From: a virus | Direction: 5' to 3' (one strand) | IMG/VR virus record: IMGVR_UViG_3300025150_000004 | Coordinates: 78,892 to 142,891 of that record | DNA length: 64,000 bases | Notes under the pieces: generated by a model | Databases searched by the model: none | Seen by the model: only the letters and a program-made list of their open reading frames with translations | Told to the model about the DNA's origin: nothing | Made by a program: the position numbers and the translations under genes | Part shown: one piece after another, positions 27,659 to 37,191 of the stretch | Layout of the letters: each line of letters starts with the position of its first letter | Numbering within the stretch: position 1 is the stretch's first letter

Positions 27659-28555
27659 ATGGCCACGTCGTTCTATCCTGGGCAGACCATCGGGCGGACC
27701 GACCTGAGCATCTTCCTTCAGGATGCGAATGCCAACCCGACCAACGCCTTCTCCATCACCTATGCCATCTACTACGTGGACCCCGGCCCGCCTGAGGCCG
27801 AGGTGCTCATCGGTTCGGCGACTCGAACCCCTGTGAACCCCACGGTCGGCGAGTACTTCGCCTCCCTGATGGTCCCTCCGTCGGCCCAGACGGGGACGTA
27901 CCGCATCCGGTGGACCTTCCAGCAGTACGCCAACTCCCCACAGCAGACGGTCACCCAGGAGTTCACGGTGGTGGCGACGGCGGAGGCCACTCTTCCGACC
28001 TACACCCCCGAGATGCAGGAGATGATCACCCGGCTCAGGGTGCTTCTGCGGGACCAGAACCCGGACAAGTTCTACCACTTCCGTCCGCCGCAGCACGCTG
28101 GCCGGATCGGGAGCTACGACCGGGTGTTCGGCCAGATCTGGGAGGACGAGGAGCTACGCCACTACCTGGAGGCCGCTCTCGACTTCTTTAACATGTTCCC
28201 CCCGAGCACCTTCTCCGTGCGGACCATCGAGAACCTCGTGGTCACGATGCCTGGGTGGAAGACGGGCATCTTCTACGGAGCCATGGCCCTGGCCTTCAAT
28301 GCGGTCGCCGCCAACTGGGTGGCGGACGAGTTCGACTACAGCATCGGGGGCATCAGCCTCTCCATCGAGAAGTCGTCCAAGTACGAGAGCCTCAAGCAGA
28401 ACGCCGAGCAGCAGTTCGACAAGGCCACCGAGGCCAAGGCCCGAACGGTCAAGTTCATCCGTGGGTTGCAACAGCCTCGGTTCGGCATCGGTATCCGTTC
28501 CGCCTTCGGTCCACACGTCGGTCGTGGCGTCCTCTCGCCTCGTAATTTTCTTTGA
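27659..28555 (+). CDS. putative neck / head-tail adaptor protein with Ig-like N-terminus
   Basis: Beta-rich N-term (GEYFA...GTYRIRWTF) then LRVLLRD...W.DEEL..YL..A...FN and ...YSIGGISL adaptor-like pattern. Confidence 0.6.
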   Translation: MATSFYPGQTIGRTDLSIFLQDANANPTNAFSITYAIYYVDPGPPEAEVLIGSATRTPVNPTVGEYFASLMVPPSAQTGTYRIRWTFQQYANSPQQTVTQEFTVVATAEATLPTYTPEMQEMITRLRVLLRDQNPDKFYHFRPPQHAGRIGSYDRVFGQIWEDEELRHYLEAALDFFNMFPPSTFSVRTIENLVVTMPGWKTGIFYGAMALAFNAVAANWVADEFDYSIGGISLSIEKSSKYESLKQNAEQQFDKATEAKARTVKFIRGLQQPRFGIGIRSAFGPHVGRGVLSPRNFL

Positions 28556-28558
28556 GGT

Positions 28559-28587
28559 TTGACAACACCCTTCTGGTGCAGTACCTT
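28559..28587 (+). promoter_or_regulatory. sigma70-type promoter of endonuclease gene
   Basis: TTGACA-17 bp-TACCTT. Confidence 0.6.
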
Positions 28588-28607
28588 CTCGTTGGGGGTA
28601 CTACCCC

Positions 28608-30053
28608 ATGTCCATCACCTGTCCTCATTGCGGGCGTGAGTTCCCTGGCGACCGGCTGAACGCCCGTCACCTGTCCATCTGCAACCCCTCCAGCCGCCCT
28701 TCCGCCCCACCTTGCCTCTGCGGGCATGAGAGCACGAGCCTCACGCAGATGAAGCGCCATCGTCAGGACTGTGAAGTCTGGACGAGCCGGGACAAGAGCG
28801 CCGTCCAGAAGGTCCGCACCGAGGTTACGTTCACCGAGAAGTACGGGGAAGGCGTCACCAACGCCCGGCACATCTCCGAGGCTGAGGAGCGACGCAAGGC
28901 GACGATGCAGGAGCGGTATGGGGCGGAGAACGTCTTCTTGAAGGGCTCCACCCTGTTCGATCAGGTGCAGGCATCTCTGGAGGGAAAGCGCCCTGTGCTA
29001 CGAGGGGCCGACAACCCGTTCGCCAAGCCCGAGGTGCGGGAGAAAATCCGAGAGCACTGGCAGCGGGAGCATGGGGTCAGCAATCCACAGCAGGTGCCGG
29101 AGGTGCGGGAGAAGACCCGAGCCACGAACTTGGGGCGGTACGGGGGTGAACTGCTGGGGTCGCCCGAGTTGGCGGCCAAGGTGAGGGCGACGAACGAAGC
29201 CCGGTACGGCGACGTGTTCCCCCAGCGCACGGATAAGGTGAAGGCCCGGATTCAGGAGACAAACGAGGCCAGGTATGGGGTGCCTTGGACTTCGATGGAC
29301 CCCGAGGTGCGGGCGAAGCAGTTGGCGACGATGGAGGCCAAGTACGGGTCGCACTTCTTCGCCTCGGAGGAGGGCAAGGGCATCGTGAGGGCGGCGATGC
29401 TGGAGAAGTACGGGGTCGAGTTCTGGATGCAGACGGAGGGGGCCTGGGACAAGTTGGTGGAGACGTTCCGTGAGCGGTTCGGGGTAGACCATCCGCTTCA
29501 AGACTCGGAGATCCTGGCAAAGAGGGAGTCTACGAATCGCCAGCGATATGGTTGGGACAACTTCATCGGGTCACCGGATTTCGTAGTTGCGTGCCTTCAA
29601 AGTTACGGTGTCCCAATACCAGCGGAATTGCCTGACCATCCGATGAGGGTCAGGGAGTTTGCTCGAAAGCATTTCGACCGGATGGGACCAGGATGTCCTG
29701 GTCCCAATAAGCTCGAACAGCGGGTCTGGGACATGGCTCCGCTGTTGATGTTCACGGGTGACCGGAAATTCTGGCGTTGGCTCCCCAAACTGGGGCATTT
29801 CAAGAACCCGGACTTCATCTTGCCCGGTCCTGACCAGGAGCATCCTTTCCGTGGGGTCACGAAGATTGTCGAGGTCTTCGGGGACTACTGGCACGGGCGG
29901 ATGCGGACAGGCAAGGCGGGGTTCGAGCACGAGCAGGGGTTGATCGACGCCTTTGCTGATATCGGGTTCGAGTGCCTGGTGATCTGGGAGTCGCAGGTGA
30001 AGGCCGTTCCCGAGGCGGTGATGGATCGGTTGCTGACGTTCCTGGGTGATTGA
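28608..30053 (+). CDS. homing-endonuclease-like protein: zinc fingers, (K/R)YG repeats and Vsr-like PD-(D/E)XK domain
   Basis: Repeated T..E(R/K)YG units; NKLE...NPDF...VEVFGDYWH...LVIWE. Confidence 0.8.
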   Translation: MSITCPHCGREFPGDRLNARHLSICNPSSRPSAPPCLCGHESTSLTQMKRHRQDCEVWTSRDKSAVQKVRTEVTFTEKYGEGVTNARHISEAEERRKATMQERYGAENVFLKGSTLFDQVQASLEGKRPVLRGADNPFAKPEVREKIREHWQREHGVSNPQQVPEVREKTRATNLGRYGGELLGSPELAAKVRATNEARYGDVFPQRTDKVKARIQETNEARYGVPWTSMDPEVRAKQLATMEAKYGSHFFASEEGKGIVRAAMLEKYGVEFWMQTEGAWDKLVETFRERFGVDHPLQDSEILAKRESTNRQRYGWDNFIGSPDFVVACLQSYGVPIPAELPDHPMRVREFARKHFDRMGPGCPGPNKLEQRVWDMAPLLMFTGDRKFWRWLPKLGHFKNPDFILPGPDQEHPFRGVTKIVEVFGDYWHGRMRTGKAGFEHEQGLIDAFADIGFECLVIWESQVKAVPEAVMDRLLTFLGD

Positions 30054-30066
30054 AGCATCCCGGGGT

Positions 30067-30092
30067 TTTAGATCCGAGGGGCTCCGGGTAAG
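30067..30092 (+). promoter_or_regulatory. putative early/middle promoter (TTTAG-N16-GTAAG)
   Basis: One of five sites with identical spacing. Confidence 0.55.
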
Positions 30093-30117
30093 ATGGGCAA
30101 CCCGGAAGAGGACCCCG

Positions 30118-30300
30118 ATGGACATCAACGACCTCCGAGACATGCTCATGGCCCGCCTCCCCCAAATGCGGGTCCGCACCATCGAGATGAACCCCGCCCG
30201 GTTCTACTCGCTCGCCGACCTCATGAACGGTCGGGAGCAGGAGGCACTGGAGAAGACCTGCCCTCGCTGCGGTGGGACGGGCAAGAACAGAGGGACATGA
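30118..30300 (+). CDS. small hypothetical protein with CPRCGGTG motif
   Basis: GAGG RBS; overlaps next start. Confidence 0.6.
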   Translation: MDINDLRDMLMARLPQMRVRTIEMNPARFYSLADLMNGREQEALEKTCPRCGGTGKNRGT

Positions 30301-30956
30301 TGAAACCCAAACACCTGGCCATCCGCATCGAGCAGTGCATCGCCCTCTCGAAGGCGTCCAACTGTCCCCGCAGGAAGTTCGGAGCCCTCCTGCTCGACCC
30401 CGAGCGAAACGTCGTCCTCATGGACGGGTACAACGGCGGCCCCAGGGGTGGCGAGGGGGACTTCTGCGCCGGGCATTTCTGCGCTCGGGACGGGCTCAAG
30501 AAGTCCGACTTCGACATCCAACCCGGGATGGAGCACAACACCATCGGTGCGGACGGCTACTGGGTCATCGGCCCGGGTGGGAAGGACGTGTTTTTCAAGG
30601 GGGCCGAGGGGCATGACGCCGCCCTGTCCTATGTGGACGAGCAGGTAGCCGCCTTCCCTTCGGTGCAGTCGGGCACCAGGATGGAGATCGGCTGCCACCA
30701 CGCCGAGATGAACGTGGTGTGCAACGCCGCCGCCAACGGGGTGAAGACGGCCGGAGCTTGGCTCATCGTGACGGGGGAACCCTGCATGATGTGCTCCAAG
30801 CTCATCCACCACGCCGGGATCGTGAAAGTGTTCGTCGTGGACGGCGGTTACATCGGGCAGAACGGTGTCCAGTACCTTCGAGACCACGGCGTCGAGGTCG
30901 AGGCGACCGAGGGGCCGAAAGACCCTCGGGCAAGAAAAACGGCCGAGGGGGTTTAG
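30297..30956 (+). CDS. dCMP (deoxycytidylate) deaminase
   Basis: S.CPRRKFGA...GYNG...HAEMN...PCMMC zinc-deaminase motifs. Confidence 0.9.
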   Translation: MMKPKHLAIRIEQCIALSKASNCPRRKFGALLLDPERNVVLMDGYNGGPRGGEGDFCAGHFCARDGLKKSDFDIQPGMEHNTIGADGYWVIGPGGKDVFFKGAEGHDAALSYVDEQVAAFPSVQSGTRMEIGCHHAEMNVVCNAAANGVKTAGAWLIVTGEPCMMCSKLIHHAGIVKVFVVDGGYIGQNGVQYLRDHGVEVEATEGPKDPRARKTAEGV

Positions 30957-30977
30957 TCCGGCTGCCGGTGGAGTAGA
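30952..30977 (+). promoter_or_regulatory. putative early/middle promoter (TTTAG-N16-GTAGA)
   Basis: Motif recurrence. Confidence 0.55.
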
Positions 30978-31017
30978 GGACTCCAGAGCGGCCACATCGA
31001 GCCGAACAGGAGATCCC

Positions 31018-33510
31018 ATGAGCAACACTCGCTTCGCCCTTCGCAACTTCGCTGGCGACCCCACGGCCTTTTTCCGGGTCGAGCCCGAGACCCTGGACAC
31101 GAGCAGCGCCAAGGCCACGAGCCAGCCGTCCCACCACATCATCGGCATCGACGTGTCCGGGTCGATGTACTACGACCTGGAGGCCCTCAAGGGCATGGTC
31201 GAGAAGCTCCTCACCCTGGAGGAGTTCCGTGATCCGAACCTCCGGGTGAGCCTCATCACCTACTCGTCCAGCGGCGACGTGCGGGTCCACTTCGAGCGGG
31301 CCTCCGTGGCCGACGTGATGGCCCCCGGGTCCAAGCAGCTTCAGGAGATCCGCAACCTGCGGGTGCGGGGCCTCACCTGCATCAGCCAGGGGCTCCGGGC
31401 GGCCGAGAAGCTGGTGGACGACAAGGAGACGACCTGCATCAGCCTCCACAGCGACGGCTACGCCAACGACTCCAGCCCGATGGCGGAGCGGCGGGACATC
31501 GCCGCCGCCGTGGACGCCCTCAAGCAGCATCCCAACTGCTTCGTGAACACGGTGGCCTACCGGGACTGGAGCGACTTCGGGATGCTCTCGGGCATCGCCA
31601 ACGCCCTCTCCGGCACCTGCCTCCAGGCCCGGGACATCCACCAGGTGTACGACGCCATGCACGACACCACCGAGCTTCTCGCCGGGAACATGGCCCCGGT
31701 GCTGGAGGTCGGCGTCGGCAAGGCGGACTTCCTCCTCGTGCTCTCCAAGTCGGGGGAGAAGGTGCTCGGTTCGACGGAACCGCTCGCCGTTCGGGGGCTC
31801 TCGGCCGGTGACGACGCCACGGCCTTCCGCCTGTACTCCATGACCAAGGACGAGTACGAGACCAGCGAGCTTCCGCAGGTCTCGGTGGACACGGACGGCG
31901 GGGACGTGATCCTGGCCTTCGCCCGTGCCCAGGTCGCCCTCGGCAACCTCAACGCCGCCAAGTACGCCCTCGTGGCCTACCGGGACGCCGACCTGCTGGA
32001 GGGGCACTACAAGGCCCTCACCGGCTCGGCGGTGGCCTCCATGGCCGGGGCGATGGAGAAGGCCCTGTTCACGCAGAACCGGACCGTCCGCACCACGACC
32101 GGCTTCGGGCTCTCGGCCCAGGGTCCGTCGGTGCTGGCCGTCCTCGGGACGCTGGCGACCTACCGCAACGGCATCCGGGTCAACGTGGACGACCTCGTCA
32201 AGGGCTACCAGCGGCGTGGCCTCAAGCGCATCCCCGGCGTCCGCAACGACGACGGCTCGCTGACCCCGCCCAACGCCACGCTCAAGACGGCGAAGGACCG
32301 TTCGGCGCTGCCCGTGTCCGGCATCGAGATCAACCGGAACACGGCGACGTGCAACATCCGCATGGTGCAGGACGGAACGCTCATCGACCAGCGTCCCGGC
32401 CGTGAGGACCAGGTGATCGCCGAGGTCGAGGGCGTGCCGCTGAGCCTCAAGGACTACCGGAACTACACGATGGTCTCGGACGGCGACCTCAACGTCACGG
32501 TCCTGCCCCTGCGGATCACGGACAAGCGGTGCTTCAAGGCGCTGGCCGACCTGGGGATGGTGACCGGGACGTTCGACCCGAACCGCCAGTACGACCTGGA
32601 CCTCTCCAGCCTCCCGCTGGTGGACTTCGGCCAGTCGTTCGACCTGCCGGGGGACACCTTCGACCGTCTCCTCCGCCTGACCGTGCTCCAGAAGCTCCTT
32701 TCGGGCATCACGGCGGGGACCAGCGAGGCCCTGACGGCGGAGCAGATCGCCGCCCTCAAGGACGTTCACGTCACCCCGGCGGGGTATTTCTCGCCCCCGA
32801 CGACGAACGCCTACACGGACCTCAAGGACGCCCTCGACAAGGGGATGGTGGACACCCGGCTGTCCTACAAGGTGGACATCGGGTCGCCCCAGATCACCAA
32901 CCTCGGCAAGCTGCACTCGGGCAACGCCTTCCTCGACCGCCGGTTCACCGTGACGGACGCCGACGGCAACGAGGTGAAGAAGCCGAAGCTCCCGGCCCTG
33001 CTCGACGACGGGATGACCGTGGCCGTGAAGGCCCTGTCCGCCCGGACCAAGCTCGACGCCGTGGACGAGGTGATGTACCCGGTCTTCGCCGAGTTCCTGA
33101 ACCTGGAGGACAACGGGCACCTGCTCGCCGTCCTCGGCGAGGCCGGGCTCGACTACGACGAGAAGAAGGCGTTCGACCAGGCCCGGATCGGGAAGGTGGA
33201 CCGGGACACCCGGGTGGAGACCTTCACGGCCACCCTCCGCAAGGTCAACGAGGCCATCGACGGCATCTACGACCAGACCGTCAGCCCGCTGGTCTTCTAC
33301 GTCGGGGCCACCGGCCTCGTGCCCGACGAGTTCGGGGCCAAGGCCATGACGGCGGAGCAGGTGGTCGAGAAGTTCCCCGACCTCAAGCTGGCCAAGGCCG
33401 AGAAGGAGGAGGGGACCTTCTTCCTCCTGCCCTCCGGGCTCCTGCTCACCGTCTACGTGAAGGGCGAGCACTTCACGACCGACGCCGGGCTCAAGGCCGC
33501 CGCAGCCTGA
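31018..33510 (+). CDS. von Willebrand factor A domain protein (830 aa)
   Basis: MIDAS DVSGS, T in GLTC, HSDG; AGGAG RBS; very high GC3. Confidence 0.85.
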   Translation: MSNTRFALRNFAGDPTAFFRVEPETLDTSSAKATSQPSHHIIGIDVSGSMYYDLEALKGMVEKLLTLEEFRDPNLRVSLITYSSSGDVRVHFERASVADVMAPGSKQLQEIRNLRVRGLTCISQGLRAAEKLVDDKETTCISLHSDGYANDSSPMAERRDIAAAVDALKQHPNCFVNTVAYRDWSDFGMLSGIANALSGTCLQARDIHQVYDAMHDTTELLAGNMAPVLEVGVGKADFLLVLSKSGEKVLGSTEPLAVRGLSAGDDATAFRLYSMTKDEYETSELPQVSVDTDGGDVILAFARAQVALGNLNAAKYALVAYRDADLLEGHYKALTGSAVASMAGAMEKALFTQNRTVRTTTGFGLSAQGPSVLAVLGTLATYRNGIRVNVDDLVKGYQRRGLKRIPGVRNDDGSLTPPNATLKTAKDRSALPVSGIEINRNTATCNIRMVQDGTLIDQRPGREDQVIAEVEGVPLSLKDYRNYTMVSDGDLNVTVLPLRITDKRCFKALADLGMVTGTFDPNRQYDLDLSSLPLVDFGQSFDLPGDTFDRLLRLTVLQKLLSGITAGTSEALTAEQIAALKDVHVTPAGYFSPPTTNAYTDLKDALDKGMVDTRLSYKVDIGSPQITNLGKLHSGNAFLDRRFTVTDADGNEVKKPKLPALLDDGMTVAVKALSARTKLDAVDEVMYPVFAEFLNLEDNGHLLAVLGEAGLDYDEKKAFDQARIGKVDRDTRVETFTATLRKVNEAIDGIYDQTVSPLVFYVGATGLVPDEFGAKAMTAEQVVEKFPDLKLAKAEKEEGTFFLLPSGLLLTVYVKGEHFTTDAGLKAAAA

Positions 33511-33574
33511 TCCACCGAGAAGGCGGCCCTGCCGGGCCTTGACCCGGTAGGGCCGCTATGGGCCATCCTTCTGT

Positions 33575-33919
33575 GTGGAGGGATGGCCCGTGGACGACAT
33601 CCGCCGAACCTTCAAGTTCCGAGACGCCCGTACACTCCAGGTCTTCCTTGGCCCGGAGAGGGACATCCTCCATCTCCTGAAAAAGCTCCACATCCGAGCC
33701 CATGTCCAGGGGAAAAAGCTCGTGCTTCGTGGCTCCTCGCCGCAAGACATGGATCTTGCGTCTGACCTGGTGATGTTCGTGTCGATGCGGGCGCACCAGG
33801 GTCAACCCACCAGAACACACCCGCCTGCTCGAACATGTCCCCAACTTCAGCGGCCTCCGCCCAACGGCGGACCGTCTCGACATCGGGTCACTCGACGTGC
33901 TCTTGGAGCGCCTTCATGA
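33575..33919 (+). CDS. hypothetical protein resembling the N-terminal KH-like domain of PhoH-like proteins
   Basis: LQVFLGPERDILHLLKKLHIRAHVQGKKLVLRG pattern; start uncertain. Confidence 0.4.
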   Translation: MEGWPVDDIRRTFKFRDARTLQVFLGPERDILHLLKKLHIRAHVQGKKLVLRGSSPQDMDLASDLVMFVSMRAHQGQPTRTHPPARTCPQLQRPPPNGGPSRHRVTRRALGAPS

Positions 33920-33989
33920 GGTCATCGGTGGAGGAAAGCCGCACTCGCCACGACTCCCGAGACACGTCGCTGTAGATCAAATCGAACAT
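33888..33989 (-). CDS. tiny hypothetical protein
   Basis: GGAGG RBS, overlaps upstream stop. Confidence 0.4.
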   Translation of the reverse strand: MFDLIYSDVSRESWRVRLSSTDDLMKALQEHVE

Positions 33990-34261
33990 CAGTTCACCTC
34001 CGCCAGGGCGAGCGTCACGCCCTGCACCTGAGCCGCCGAAGCCGCCCACACGGCCCGCTCCGGGCCGATGCGGCGGACCCGGGTGGACTCGTGCCACTTC
34101 TGGTACTCGTCCCGACCCTCGTACTGATCGTCGAAGACCTCCCAGCCCTCGGGCAGCGATGGAGTCCAGCCGTCGTCGAGGTAGGACGACTCGTAGCGCT
34201 GGACGAACAGACCCGTCTCGGGGCAGGTGGGGAGGCTGGTGATGTGCTCGGGCAGGTTCAT
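33989..34261 (-). CDS. hypothetical protein
   Basis: GGAGG RBS and upstream TTTAG-type promoter. Confidence 0.65.
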   Translation of the reverse strand: MNLPEHITSLPTCPETGLFVQRYESSYLDDGWTPSLPEGWEVFDDQYEGRDEYQKWHESTRVRRIGPERAVWAASAAQVQGVTLALAEVN

Positions 34262-34282
34262 GCTTCCTCCGTGGTCACCTCA

Positions 34283-34348
34283 TCAACCCGTGAGGCCCCA
34301 GGACTAAAATGCTGGCTGCACTTTTACTCCAGCGGACCTGCCGGTAGA
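34283..34348. promoter_or_regulatory. divergent pair of TTTA(G/C)-N16-GT(A/T)GA promoters
   Basis: Minus 34308-34283 and plus 34323-34348. Confidence 0.6.
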
Positions 34349-34371
34349 TGGGGTGAGTACGGAGGAACCTG

Positions 34372-34695
34372 ATGCTGAACACCGACCATTTCACTCTCCT
34401 CGCTGGCAGCACCGACTGGGACGACGAGATGCGTCGTCGCCGGGAGGCGGGTGAGGATCTCGTGGCTCTCCAGGTGGAGTTCCACGGGCGAGGCCGCTGC
34501 GAGGCCGAGGTCGTCAAGACGCTCAACGGCTACAGCGTCCGCTACGCCTCTGGGCTCAGCAACTTCGGCCTCATCTTCCGTGGCTGCAAGACCTACGAGG
34601 AGGCGGTCGAGAAGGGGACCCGTTGGGTCGAGGAGGACCCCTCCGGGCGTTCCCTGTTCGTCCGCAACTCTGACATCCCCGGCAAGGAGGGTTGA
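34372..34695 (+). CDS. hypothetical protein
   Basis: GGAGG RBS. Confidence 0.7.
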   Translation: MLNTDHFTLLAGSTDWDDEMRRRREAGEDLVALQVEFHGRGRCEAEVVKTLNGYSVRYASGLSNFGLIFRGCKTYEEAVEKGTRWVEEDPSGRSLFVRNSDIPGKEG

Positions 34696-34698
34696 TCG

Positions 34699-35381
34699 AT
34701 GTTCACTCCCGAACAACTCCGTGTACTGTCCATCGGCTACGACCTCGACTGCGGGGGCTACGAGTTCGAGCGTGCCCCCAAGGCCCTCGATCCCGACGGT
34801 GAGGACGTGGTCATCTTCGACGACCCGGACCTCGACTACCTCGGGTTGCAGGACGTGGTGCGGATGGGCGACTACTCCTGCGGGCTGTTCGCCTTCGCTC
34901 CGGGGGACGAGGACTTCGAGTTCCCAGAGTCCTACGAAGAGGACGACCTCGGGACGATGGTGCGGGTGGCCAAGGGCGTCCTCTATGGCTCGGACCACGA
35001 GTGCCACTGCCACGGCAAGCTCGTGACGTGGACCGGGGCTGCTGGGGAGCCCCGAGAAGCCCTCTCCGGGGAGAAGGTGGCGGAGTTCATCCGGGCTGGA
35101 GTGGAGGTCGAGGACCCTCCCAACTTCCCGAGGCGAAGAAGCCACGGCTTCAGCCGTGGCGTGCCAAGCTCGAAGCCGCTGCTCAGCGCCTCATCGAGGA
35201 GGAGAACCTCCAGGCCGCCCGTACTCACAACGTCATGGGTATCAGCATCCGAGCGATCCAGTTGTGGGGGGATGACGGGCTGCTTCTGGCAGAGCTTCGT
35301 CTCAACTCCCGGGGTGACGTGCTCCGGGTCTACCACAAGCTCTACATGAGGGCGAAGGACTTCGAGGATTACGAGAAGTGA
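34699..35381 (+). CDS. hypothetical protein(s) with apparent frameshift or deletion near 35125-35135
   Basis: Frame of 34699 is plausible to EDPPNFP; frame of 35001..35381 is plausible from EAKKPRL to the stop. Confidence 0.5.
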
Positions 35382-35701
35382 GAGAACTCGAAGTCCTGTT
35401 CTACGAGAACGGGCGTGGTGGCGTCGCCGTGTCCGTGGACGGCGGTGAGCACGTTGTCATCTCGACCGGCCGTACCCTGCTCCTGGCGGACACCGCCTGG
35501 GAGGAGTCCGGCGAGGAGCCCTGGGACGACCTCACGGAGCCTCAGAAGGCCGCCATTGTGGAGGCTCGGGAGCGGCTCCTGAGCATGAACGAGGCACAAT
35601 CCGACCTTGACGAGATCGTCCTGAACTACCGCAAACGGCGGCTTCACGAGGCCAGGCGGAGCCCAACACGGGCGGCCGAAAAGACGCCGAGAAGGTCGTA
35701 G
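35378..35701 (+). CDS. hypothetical protein
   Basis: GTGA overlap with upstream stop. Confidence 0.6.
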   Translation: MRELEVLFYENGRGGVAVSVDGGEHVVISTGRTLLLADTAWEESGEEPWDDLTEPQKAAIVEARERLLSMNEAQSDLDEIVLNYRKRRLHEARRSPTRAAEKTPRRS

Positions 35702-35958
35702 AGGTCGTCTGGAAGCGACCCCAGGGCGGGTTCCGAGAACCACTCGCCCTTCTGGAGCCGGAGCCGGAAAGGTCGCATGACCCGGTGGACCTGGGGCTCC
35801 CTGGCCCCCTGACCCTCGGCGACGAGGATGACCCGGACTTCGTAGGGGCAGCCGGTCTGGATCTCCTGGCGGCGACGCTCCACGTCGGAAGACCGGCCGA
35901 CCTTGATGGCCCCGGTTTTCCCCATCTGGAAAACATACAAATGCTCTCCACCCCTCAC
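35644..35958 (-). CDS. T5orf172/MUG113-type GIY-YIG-like nuclease
   Basis: LYVFQ...IKVGRS..VERR..EIQTGCP...E..VH......GEWF. Confidence 0.8.
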   Translation of the reverse strand: MRGGEHLYVFQMGKTGAIKVGRSSDVERRRQEIQTGCPYEVRVILVAEGQGAREPQVHRVMRPFRLRLQKGEWFSEPALGSLPDDLYDLLGVFSAARVGLRLAS

Positions 35959-36536
35959 GTACCGCCTCCGTGCCGAGCTAGAAAACTTCGGCAGTAGGTT
36001 TTCAACTCCTGCATGGTCAAATCGGTCTTCATGCGGTTGAATCCCCAGCAGGCCAGCACCACGTTTCCCTGAACGTACCCTTTTTCCGGCACTTTCCGGT
36101 CTAGGCTGACAGCGGTGTTGGACCTGTCCCCCGAGAAGGTGAGCGGCTCGCCGGTGTAGTAGCAGAGACCCCCCTGCTTAGACCAGATCTCGCAAAGGTG
36201 CTCTGGGGTGATGTCGAACGGAAGCCCCAGAGCCCGAACGTTGTTCCTGGCCGTGTTGTGCAGGTGGGAGAGGCGGGCCTTTGGGGATGAAGAGCGCCAC
36301 CTCTTGTTGTAGTCGTTATGGCAATCACGGCAAAGGGTGTTGCCCCCTGAGAACCTGGCTTTCGGAAGATCCTCCCGGCATCCGGGGCAGATACGATTGG
36401 GCATTGCAGCTAGTCGTTGCCTTTGACGTTGCTGGATCTCCCGCCGGGCTTGTTTTCGGCATTCTAGGCATCTTTGGGCCTGCCCTGGGAAGTGGTCCTC
36501 GGGTTTGTCGTTCCCACACCTCTGGCAGTTTCGCAT
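35955..36536 (-). CDS. HNH-like endonuclease with N-terminal zinc fingers
   Basis: CYYTG...SLDRK..EKGYVQGNVVLAC..FNRMK. Confidence 0.8.
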   Translation of the reverse strand: MRNCQRCGNDKPEDHFPGQAQRCLECRKQARREIQQRQRQRLAAMPNRICPGCREDLPKARFSGGNTLCRDCHNDYNKRWRSSSPKARLSHLHNTARNNVRALGLPFDITPEHLCEIWSKQGGLCYYTGEPLTFSGDRSNTAVSLDRKVPEKGYVQGNVVLACWGFNRMKTDLTMQELKTYCRSFLARHGGGT

Positions 36537-36668
36537 AGGCCCCTCCGGTACTCCCCATGTGCCCGGTATAGGAGAACTACCGTGGCTAGAATTCCCTCCC
36601 ACCACCGAGAAACCGGCCCTCTGGCGGAGAACTTGACCTATAGGCCACCTGACGCCCACGGTGAAAGA

Positions 36669-36959
36669 ATGAGGACAGCAATGATCTCCGTCCTCGTGCT
36701 TCTCGCTCTCTCTGCCTGTGGAATCTCGTACCCGGAGACCCCGGAAGAGGCCCCGGAGACCGTGTCGTTCCGGTTCGAGTGCCATTGGCTTGCCACGCCT
36801 GTGCTCGCCGGGATCCTCACCCTCCCCGTGGAACAGCTTCGGGGCAAGCCGCCCGAGTACTACACCGGGAGCATCGAGTGCAATGACCCCGAGACGCCCG
36901 GGATGACATGCAAGTTCGTCGAGGTGGTTCACCCCGGGGAACCGGACGCCGGGGGGTAG
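36669..36959 (+). CDS. lipoprotein
   Basis: Signal peptide II MRTAMISVLVLLALSA-C. Confidence 0.7.
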   Translation: MRTAMISVLVLLALSACGISYPETPEEAPETVSFRFECHWLATPVLAGILTLPVEQLRGKPPEYYTGSIECNDPETPGMTCKFVEVVHPGEPDAGG

Positions 36960-36960
36960 C

Positions 36961-37191
36961 TCACGGGCTCCCGAGCACGTCCATCCCTTGGCTCCGCATG
37001 TGCTCGACATCCCCGTTGGTGAACTCGACGGTCGGGATCTCCTCATAGGAGGAGCGGCCACCCACACCCCCGTGCTTTGGGCGACGGACCACGGCCGTCA
37101 CGGGCTCGAACCCCTGGAACGGGGCGTTGAAGATGGTCTTGGCCTCGGGGTCGCACTCCGAGAGAAGGCGCATGAGGTCTTTGACTTTCAC
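36961..37191 (-). CDS. small hypothetical phage protein
   Basis: MKVKDL..LL...DP.A N-terminal motif common in phages. Confidence 0.7.
   Translation of the reverse strand: MKVKDLMRLLSECDPEAKTIFNAPFQGFEPVTAVVRRPKHGGVGGRSSYEEIPTVEFTNGDVEHMRSQGMDVLGSP

Noticed and set aside
24281-33471. Long antisense ORFs (e.g. 24281..27070, 30802..33471; also 6261..8150, 48474..50432, 52089..53957, 61332..63365)
   Set aside because: Shadow frames expected from high GC3 genes on the opposite strand; no RBS or protein-like composition
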